Virus record (IMG/VR): IMGVR_UViG_3300009068_000023
Length of the DNA stretch: 64,000 nucleotides
Reading direction: 5' to 3' (one strand)
Source of the DNA: a virus
Shown here piece by piece: positions 56,605-64,000 of the stretch. Numbering within the stretch: the stretch's first letter is position 1; each line of letters starts with the position of its first letter. The translations under genes were made by a program, and so were the position numbers. The notes below the pieces were generated by a model. That model made no database searches, was not told where the DNA came from, and saw only the letters and a program-made list of their open reading frames with translations.

Positions 56605-57854
56605 CTCTTTCATTTAAAGAAAACGGTGATGTAAAGATCTATGATATTAAAATCACCAATAGCAATGGATCAGATACTAAGGATATAAGAGGCCAAGTAA
56701 AGCAAGTATCGATATACGAAGACTTGGAAGAGCCTACTTTATTTTGTGATATTTTAATTGACGATCAAATTGACCTGGTTACTAAGCTTCCTATCCTAGG
56801 GGAAGAAACGATTAGTATATCTTTTAAGTCACCATTTAGAGATGATATAATAACTTATAAACTAAGAGTTTTTAACATAAGCAGTGAAGCAGTAATAGAA
56901 AGCAATCTAGGTAAAGTTTATAAGCTCCAATGTGTATCATCAGATCACTTCAATGGCACCACTAAAAACGTTCAACGATATTATGAAGATACTATTGACA
57001 ATATAGTCAAAGATATTCTTACAAATATTATAAAGACAGATAAGAAGCTTTTTATTGAGCAGACCAAAGGTATTATTAAATGGACTATGCCCAGATGCAA
57101 AGCTTTCGAAGCTATAGATTTATTAAGACAAAGAGCAATCTCCGCTACTGCTAAAACCGGCGGTGTATTTGTGTTCTATGAAGATCAGTTAGGTTATCAT
57201 TTTGTATCGTTGGAGACCCTTTTAGAAAAGGGTAAATCAACTATAGAAAGCAGAGTATTCACTTATTCGCCGGCTACTAAAGAAGACCCTCAAAGAGAAG
57301 CACACAACTTTAGAAACTTAATAAACTTTGAGCATCTTAAAAAGACAGATACTGCAGGTAAGTTATCTGGCGGTGTGTTTAACAATATTACTAAGTCGTA
57401 TGATATACTGACTAAAGGTTTTGAGGAAGTTAAATTCAAGCTTACTGAACAAGCTGGTAAGATAGAAACCGGTCAAAATAAAAAAACAACACTACCAAAT
57501 AGCGCAAGTTTTATAAACGATCAGTCATCCAACGATGCATATAAGTTCTTTGCTCCTAAAGACTCCAGTAAAAATCCAGACTTTATTGCTGACTATCTAA
57601 GCTATAAACAGGCGTACGCAACGCTATTTAATCAGAATATTGTAAGAGGCTACGTGCATGGGGATAGTAATTTAAAAGCAGGGGATTTAATAGAATTAAA
57701 ACTACCCGATACATCAGGTATAAAAACATCAGATAAAAAAGATAGTAACTATTCAGGCAACTATATTCTTACTAAATTAAGACATTTTATCTACCTAGAT
57801 GATGGTAGATTTAAACATAGAGTTTCTTTTGATTGCAATAAGGTGGGTTGGTAA
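56601..57854 (+). CDS. baseplate hub protein (gp27-like)
   Basis: IYEDL..P, LPI.GEE, FYE...GYHF.S.E.L, SGNY.....RH; lies between gp53 and gp5. Confidence 0.7.
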   Translation: MTLSFKENGDVKIYDIKITNSNGSDTKDIRGQVKQVSIYEDLEEPTLFCDILIDDQIDLVTKLPILGEETISISFKSPFRDDIITYKLRVFNISSEAVIESNLGKVYKLQCVSSDHFNGTTKNVQRYYEDTIDNIVKDILTNIIKTDKKLFIEQTKGIIKWTMPRCKAFEAIDLLRQRAISATAKTGGVFVFYEDQLGYHFVSLETLLEKGKSTIESRVFTYSPATKEDPQREAHNFRNLINFEHLKKTDTAGKLSGGVFNNITKSYDILTKGFEEVKFKLTEQAGKIETGQNKKTTLPNSASFINDQSSNDAYKFFAPKDSSKNPDFIADYLSYKQAYATLFNQNIVRGYVHGDSNLKAGDLIELKLPDTSGIKTSDKKDSNYSGNYILTKLRHFIYLDDGRFKHRVSFDCNKVGW

Positions 57855-58579
57855 TGACAACAGGATTATTAGGAAAAGAAGGTTTTACTTGGTTTATAGG
57901 TGTAGTCGAAGATAGAAACGACCCGCTTAAACTAGGTCGCGTTCGGGTGAGAATTTATAATGTTCACTCTGAAAATACATCACTTATAAAAACTACAGAA
58001 TTGCCATGGGCAAATGTTCTCAATCCTATTAACAGTGCTAGTTTAAAAACTGTAGGTATATCGCCCACAGGTATTTTAGTAGGCACTACTGTAGTAGGAT
58101 TCTTTATGGATGGTAATGACGGCAACAACCCTATAGTTATGGGGACGCTTGCAGGCATTCCAGGTAATAAGCAAGAGAATCACGATGTGCCGAAAGAAGC
58201 AAGAGAAATTAATTCTATTAATAAAGAGCTTACTGGACCAGAGCCAGCTTCTGCTTACGGTGCTAAATATCCCTATAACAAAGTCATAAGAACTGAGAGA
58301 GGGCATGTTATCGAAATAGATGACACCCCGGATAAAGAGCGTATTCATGTTTATCATAAATCAGGCACGTACACAGAAGTTAATAACGTAGGGCGACATG
58401 TATCTAAAGTAGTCGATAATGATTTTGATATTGTAGTCAAGAATCGAGAAGTATGGATTGGCGGTAATGTCAATGTACGAGTAAAGGGGAATGTTAACAT
58501 TTTAGTAGACGGCACATATACCGTTGAATCTAAAGGTAACATGAAATTTAAAGCACCTAGAATAGATCTGAACCCATGA
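57854..58579 (+). CDS. 5: baseplate spike gp5 (OB-fold, no lysozyme domain)
   Basis: WFIGVVEDRNDPLKLGRVRVR, YPYNKV, GH..E.DDTP..ER. Confidence 0.9.
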   Translation: MTTGLLGKEGFTWFIGVVEDRNDPLKLGRVRVRIYNVHSENTSLIKTTELPWANVLNPINSASLKTVGISPTGILVGTTVVGFFMDGNDGNNPIVMGTLAGIPGNKQENHDVPKEAREINSINKELTGPEPASAYGAKYPYNKVIRTERGHVIEIDDTPDKERIHVYHKSGTYTEVNNVGRHVSKVVDNDFDIVVKNREVWIGGNVNVRVKGNVNILVDGTYTVESKGNMKFKAPRIDLNP

Positions 58580-58788
58580 TAAAAGGCAACTTTGTAATAC
58601 TTAACGAGGGCAAGATTTTAAGCTTTCAAGATTATAACGATATTCCTTTAGTATTTGATAATCTTATCAGCTTTGAGCCAGTTACCCCAGAACCACCTCA
58701 TACAGATATAGAGCATGGTCAAATGGAGCAATTTCAAACACTGTTTGAAGATCTTTTAAAAAGAGAAAGATATGCCGGCGGCAACTAG
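58576..58788 (+). CDS. conserved small protein
   Basis: DIP..FDNLI.FEP..PEPPHT. Confidence 0.65.
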   Translation: MIKGNFVILNEGKILSFQDYNDIPLVFDNLISFEPVTPEPPHTDIEHGQMEQFQTLFEDLLKRERYAGGN

Positions 58789-59065
58789 AATAGGCGATGC
58801 TGACGTTCCTCATTGCTCTGGTATGACTAGAGCTCAAGGGTCACCTGACGTATATGTCAACGGCATTAAGTGGAGCCGCCAAGGCGACAATAATACCGTT
58901 CATAAGAAGCCAGGGGGCAGCTCATGCGGTTCTCATGCTGCACCTATTACTACAGGATCAAAATCAGTATTTGTGAATGGAAAGGGAGCAGGGCGTGTAG
59001 GTGACGCTATTACTAGCTGCACTAAGGTAGCAGCTGGTTCACCTAACGTGTTTGCAGGTGGTTAA
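58772..59065 (+). CDS. PAAR spike-tip protein (gp5.4-like)
   Basis: MPAATRIGD, GS.SVFVNGK...RVGD, GSPNVFAG. Confidence 0.9.
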   Translation: MPAATRIGDADVPHCSGMTRAQGSPDVYVNGIKWSRQGDNNTVHKKPGGSSCGSHAAPITTGSKSVFVNGKGAGRVGDAITSCTKVAAGSPNVFAGG

Positions 59066-59491
59066 ATGGCAGTAGTTAAGCGTTATACTCTCAAAGAAAC
59101 CCAAAAGCAGAATATTTACTATTCTGACTTGCAAACTAATCTTGCTATTCATCCTAATAAGAAGGATCTTACTAGAACCTTTAATGATGATGCTGTAAAG
59201 AGAAGTATACGAAATATATTGCTTACCAATAGAGGCGAGAAGCTAATGAACCCTCAATTTGGTAGTGACATAAGATCGTTATTATTTGAAAACATGACCC
59301 CTGTTACGGAAAGTTTACTTAAGGATTATGTTGCAAATGCTATTAGTAATTACGAGCCAAGAGCAAATGTTATTGCTATTAATGTTACTGCACTTTATGA
59401 CTACGATGCTTATGCCATAACTGTTGTTTTTAGTGTAATAAATAAAAAGGAACCAATTACACTAGAGCTGCTTATTAACAGGATCCGTTAA
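59066..59491 (+). CDS. 25: baseplate wedge gp25-like
   Basis: AVKRSIRNILLT..GE....P.FGS, NYEPR. Confidence 0.92.
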   Translation: MAVVKRYTLKETQKQNIYYSDLQTNLAIHPNKKDLTRTFNDDAVKRSIRNILLTNRGEKLMNPQFGSDIRSLLFENMTPVTESLLKDYVANAISNYEPRANVIAINVTALYDYDAYAITVVFSVINKKEPITLELLINRIR

Positions 59492-61296
59492 TGTCAAATA
59501 CAAGTATTAATCTAGTAGGTCTAGATTTTGAGACTATCAAAGGTAATTTAATAGATTATCTTAAAAGATCAGATTCACCCTTTAAAGATGTTAACTTTGA
59601 AGGCTCGAATATCTCTCAGCTCTTAGATGTACTTTCATACAACACATACTTAAATTCCTACTATCTTAACATGGTAGGCAGTGAGATGTTTTTGGATTCA
59701 GCTCAGCTTAGAGAGAGCATCGTATCTCACGCTAAAGAGCTAAACTATGTTCCTCGATCATTTACATCATCCTCTGCACACGTATCTTTCAACATCTTTC
59801 CATCTACACCACTCAATTCTATCTTAGTACCTAAGGGTACCACATTTACTACTAAACTAGGTAGTAACAGCTATACCTTTAGTACAGAAGAGAATTTAAT
59901 TTTTAATTCGAGCTCAAACGGTGTTATTGTTATAGATGATTTAGAAATTTTTGAAGGTAATTACCTTACAGATACCTTTGTTTTTGATTCCACAAACACC
60001 GCTCAACGTTTTGTGCTGTCTAACCCTACTGTTGACACCAGAAGTATTAGTGTATTAGTTCTGGAAAATAGCGGCGCTAACACCTACACATATAACAGAG
60101 CAACGTCATTCTTAGGGGTAAATGCTAATACTAATTGTTACTTCTTACAAGCAGCCGAAAATTTTCAGTATGAGATATTGTTTGGAGATAACATAATTGG
60201 TAGAAAGCCACTTAACGGGGCAACAGTTCTAGTTGAATATCGAGTATGTAATGGTGAATTGCCGAACGGCTCATCAGCGTTTTTCTTAGACGGACCAATT
60301 CAGTCTCAGACTAATGTGAGCCCTATTGCAGTTATATCAGCTGCATCAGGCGGAAGCATAAACGAATCGGATGATTCTATTAAGTATAATGCACCTCGTG
60401 CATATCAAAATCAAGAACGTGCAGTAACTACTAGCGACTACGAGAATCTACTACTACAAAACTTTCCTGAAATACAAGCCATTTCAGCTTATGGCGGTGA
60501 CACAGTCTCCCCACCTCAATATGGCAAGGTCTTTATTTCTGTAGATGTTGTAGGCTCAGAAGGTACTCCAGAATTAACCAAGAGAAAATTCTACAACTTT
60601 ATAAAGTCTAGATCGCCTCTTTCGATTGACCCGGTTATAGTAGAGCCTGAATTTTTATATGTAGAAGTTGCGTCCAACGTTCAATACAATATTAATATTA
60701 CATCTTTAAAAGATAACGATATAAAGTCCTTGGTTGCCTTGAGCATTAGTAACTACAATCAATCATTCTTGCAGAACTTTAAGAGCACTTTAAGATTTAG
60801 TAAATTTTTAAAGATTATTGATGATACACATCCAAGCATTTTAAGTAATGAAACTACAGTAGTGCCATTCAAGTCTTTACAGCCTACACGTGGAGCTGAA
60901 TATACAACAACTATATCTTTCGGGTATGCAATTACTAATAATGTAATACAGGACATACCAAGCACCACTACACACCCATCCAATGCAGTGCATAATATTA
61001 GATCTAGCGTTTTTAGAAAAAATAATGCTGACTATTTCTTAGAAGATGATGGGCAAGGCAATCTGCATACAATTACTCTGCAAGGTAGTGATCATAAAAA
61101 GATTGCTAAGATAGGTACAATTAATTATACTAGCGGTACTGTAAATATTTCTAATCTTATAATTGATGATTATACAGGGTCAGAAATTAAACTATACGCA
61201 ACACCAGTACATAAAGATATTAATTCAGACAAAAATGTTATACTTCTAATTAGAGATGAAGATGTAACTGTATCCGTTAGCCCGGTAAGAATCTAA
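59491..61296 (+). CDS. 6: baseplate wedge gp6-like
   Basis: LDF..IK, FEGS, SEMFLDSAQLR, QERAVT..DY, PPQYGKV. Confidence 0.92.
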   Translation: MSNTSINLVGLDFETIKGNLIDYLKRSDSPFKDVNFEGSNISQLLDVLSYNTYLNSYYLNMVGSEMFLDSAQLRESIVSHAKELNYVPRSFTSSSAHVSFNIFPSTPLNSILVPKGTTFTTKLGSNSYTFSTEENLIFNSSSNGVIVIDDLEIFEGNYLTDTFVFDSTNTAQRFVLSNPTVDTRSISVLVLENSGANTYTYNRATSFLGVNANTNCYFLQAAENFQYEILFGDNIIGRKPLNGATVLVEYRVCNGELPNGSSAFFLDGPIQSQTNVSPIAVISAASGGSINESDDSIKYNAPRAYQNQERAVTTSDYENLLLQNFPEIQAISAYGGDTVSPPQYGKVFISVDVVGSEGTPELTKRKFYNFIKSRSPLSIDPVIVEPEFLYVEVASNVQYNINITSLKDNDIKSLVALSISNYNQSFLQNFKSTLRFSKFLKIIDDTHPSILSNETTVVPFKSLQPTRGAEYTTTISFGYAITNNVIQDIPSTTTHPSNAVHNIRSSVFRKNNADYFLEDDGQGNLHTITLQGSDHKKIAKIGTINYTSGTVNISNLIIDDYTGSEIKLYATPVHKDINSDKNVILLIRDEDVTVSVSPVRI

Positions 61297-64000
61297 TGTA
61301 TAATGTAGAACAAAGTATTTCTAATTTTGTAGAAAGCCAGTTCCCTGACTTTTATAAAGAAGAAGGACCGCTATTCGTTCTATTCGCTAAAGAATATTAT
61401 AGGTGGCTAGAACAAAATTATGTTTATATTAGATTATCTAATCCAGAGAATTTTAATATAGGTGATAATGTATATCAATCGCCTGCATCTGGTGTTATAG
61501 AGAGTATAGATTCTAGTAATATACTAGTAAGAGTAACAAGCGACGGGTTTAGATGTACTAGTCAGTGTCTTAATAGCATCGAGCTCATTACTAGCGATGG
61601 CGGGGGCAGCTCTTACATTAGAGAAATTACTAGCACGAATCCAATCTACAATGCAAGAAAACTATTTTCTTATAGAGATGTGGATTCAACCACAGAGCGT
61701 TTTTTAGTTTATTTTAAAGAAAAGTACCTAAAGGGTATTCAATTTGATACCTTCACGGCTAAAAAGACTTTAATAAAAGCTGCACAAGATTTGTATAGCT
61801 CAAAAGGTACGGAAAGATCTATAGATCTGTTATTTAAACTAGTGTTTGGAGTAGGAGCTACCACATATTATCCGGGAGACGATATACTTAAGCCCTCGTC
61901 TGGTAGATGGGTAATTCCTAATTACTTAGAGATAACTGAATCCCCTAGAACTATTAATTTTATTGGTAGAGAAATTATAGGGTCGGTTTCTGGTGCTAGA
62001 GGATATTGTGAATATATCGTTAAGAGAAATATCAAAGGTAAGATAATAGATGTTCTTTACTTAAGTAATGTAAGAGGATCATTTGTTACCGGCGACTCTA
62101 TAATTGAATTTGTAGATCAAGTGCTCAAAGATGCACCTATAGTTGTAGGTTCACTTACAACTGTTGATATTACAACAGGTGGTGCAGGGTTTGCAGTGGG
62201 GGAACAGGTAGAGATTGTATCGAGCAAAGGCGTTGAAGGAAAGGCTATTGTAACTGGTATAGAAACTCAAACCGGTTTAGTAAAATTTACTCTTGTAGAC
62301 GGAGGATGGGGATACAGTAATAATTCCCTTATTGTAGCCCGCAAGATGTTAAAAGTTCTTAACAGAACCAATTCAAATACAAGTATAACTGATTTTCAAA
62401 GGTTTGAAAAAGTAAAGCAGGATTTATGGAATATTACGTTAAATAATTTAACTGGTAATAGTACTACCTTATCGGTAAGTGATGTGATTGGAGGTATAGC
62501 TATAAATCAAGCCAACGCTACAGCATTAATATGCGATATAGTAACAGTGCCTGCCAATAACATAGGCACTTTCTTAGTAAGTAAAGTGTCGGGCAATATA
62601 AACGCTAATAACTTTATAAGACTAGCCAACATTTCTTTTATAACTGCTATAAGTAATACTTCGTCAACTGCTGAATTCACAGTAGGCGACGTTATGCAGC
62701 AATCTAATGGCAGCGCAAACGTTACTACAGGTGTAATAAGTCAAATAACTAGTACTAAAACTCTTACAGTTAATACTTCTTCTATTACCAGTAACGGTAT
62801 TCATGTCGGTTGGTATGCTAAGCAAGCCACCACAAACGCTGCTGGGCTAGTAATGGCCCTGCCGTGGAGTTCTTTAGGCAGCTACAATACAGTACCAAAA
62901 GCTGTGTTGTCGGGTACAACAGGCACATTTAACACAGTTAATAAAATCTCGCTTTATAGTGATGCTGCATACACCAATTTGCAATGCGAGTTTTATACTA
63001 CAGGCATAGCAAACACAAACACATATAAACTAATATCAGTAAATGGTGCACGGTTTTACCCTGGAAATACCATTTATGGAACAGTATCACCCGAAATAAG
63101 TACTATTTTAGTTGCATCAGACGCTGGAGGTATTCTTTCTAGCTACACCGATGTGTCAGCAACTGCTAATGTTATTTCAGTAGGCTCTGAATTTATTGGG
63201 TTAATTAATGTAGTTAATGCTTTTGATGATACACCCAATAATAGAATATTGGGGCTTACTTCTAACACATACGGCGAAATAACTCTTCTTTCAACTGGAC
63301 AGGGTGCAAATGCAAGTATAGGTTCACTAGTTGATACTGAAACAGTTAGAATATGCTTAGATTTTCTAACCGCTAATAATGACGGCAGTGTATCTGATTC
63401 TATAGAATTCCCTAGCATGACATTAAACGGAGTTAATTCAACCTATGGCTATATCAGTTCATTAACTATAGATAATCCTGGCTCAGGTTACAATAATACT
63501 AATATAGTTGTATTCAGCGGAGGAAATTCAGGTATAGGTTCTTTTGGTGCCGCTAATGCTACTATTAATACTGATAGTACAGGCAGGATAATAAAATTAA
63601 ATCTTTCTGCTAACGTTGGTAGTAAATATGTAACTACGCCCACTGTGTCTGTGGTTAATAGTACTGGTGGCTCAACCGGTGTTGGAACTAACGCGTCTAT
63701 TATCCCAGCATTCCCTTTAGGGTTCTTTAAGTTGCCAGCAGGGGACATGAATGTGCCTATGCTACAGCTACTAAGATTTAATAACCGGGTTATAGGGGAA
63801 ATTGCATCTCTATCAAATATCAACCCAGGGGAAAATTATAATATTGCACCCTCTGTTATTGGTTATGAATATGGAATTGCTGAACTAGATACTAAGGATT
63901 ACATCATAGCAATTAGCAACTTGAACGGCCCTCCTTTTGTAGTTAATGAAACAATCACGCAAACATCGCAAGTACCATCGACCATACTATCTTGCAATGC
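61296..64000 (+). CDS. baseplate wedge initiator gp7-like, 3'-truncated
   Basis: QFPDFYKEEGP.F..F..EYY.WLE, LYSSKGTERSI.LLF.L.FG, DILKPSSG.W; ORF appears to run off the window. Confidence 0.75.
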   Translation, partial: MYNVEQSISNFVESQFPDFYKEEGPLFVLFAKEYYRWLEQNYVYIRLSNPENFNIGDNVYQSPASGVIESIDSSNILVRVTSDGFRCTSQCLNSIELITSDGGGSSYIREITSTNPIYNARKLFSYRDVDSTTERFLVYFKEKYLKGIQFDTFTAKKTLIKAAQDLYSSKGTERSIDLLFKLVFGVGATTYYPGDDILKPSSGRWVIPNYLEITESPRTINFIGREIIGSVSGARGYCEYIVKRNIKGKIIDVLYLSNVRGSFVTGDSIIEFVDQVLKDAPIVVGSLTTVDITTGGAGFAVGEQVEIVSSKGVEGKAIVTGIETQTGLVKFTLVDGGWGYSNNSLIVARKMLKVLNRTNSNTSITDFQRFEKVKQDLWNITLNNLTGNSTTLSVSDVIGGIAINQANATALICDIVTVPANNIGTFLVSKVSGNINANNFIRLANISFITAISNTSSTAEFTVGDVMQQSNGSANVTTGVISQITSTKTLTVNTSSITSNGIHVGWYAKQATTNAAGLVMALPWSSLGSYNTVPKAVLSGTTGTFNTVNKISLYSDAAYTNLQCEFYTTGIANTNTYKLISVNGARFYPGNTIYGTVSPEISTILVASDAGGILSSYTDVSATANVISVGSEFIGLINVVNAFDDTPNNRILGLTSNTYGEITLLSTGQGANASIGSLVDTETVRICLDFLTANNDGSVSDSIEFPSMTLNGVNSTYGYISSLTIDNPGSGYNNTNIVVFSGGNSGIGSFGAANATINTDSTGRIIKLNLSANVGSKYVTTPTVSVVNSTGGSTGVGTNASIIPAFPLGFFKLPAGDMNVPMLQLLRFNNRVIGEIASLSNINPGENYNIAPSVIGYEYGIAELDTKDYIIAISNLNGPPFVVNETITQTSQVPSTILSCN

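Overview
A 64-kb segment of a large T4-like myophage genome. Embedded Rz/Rz1 spanins and lipoproteins point to a Gram-negative host; pqqA and an alpha-type two-piece tmRNA suggest a proteobacterial one. Layout from left to right: (1) 1-8.2 kb, early/accessory region of small genes, many behind near-identical sigma70 promoter plus GA-rich leader cassettes, with a tRNA-Ile(CAU), an iteron-like non-coding stretch and a structured RNA whose hairpin loop is antisense to the cassette leaders; (2) 9-17.7 kb, late, probably head-internal/structural proteins, Dps and holin; (3) 17.8-34.4 kb, primase, ThyX, spanins, NrdAB, RuvC-like resolvase, a heptose/sugar-nucleotide cluster, RNase H, exonuclease, DUF932 and an unlisted pqqA; (4) 34.4-43.4 kb, two paralogous collagen-like fibre/adhesin cassettes; (5) a circularly permuted tmRNA with a second, covarying acceptor piece, lysins, gp33/gp59/gp32 (gp32 interrupted by an in-frame TGA); (6) 48-64 kb, tail/baseplate module (tape-measure-like proteins, gp51/gp26 joined by a likely -1 frameshift, gp54-like, gp2, gp4, gp48, gp53, hub, gp5, PAAR, gp25, gp6, partial gp7). 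All calls are made by eye from motifs and synteny; no database searches were run.
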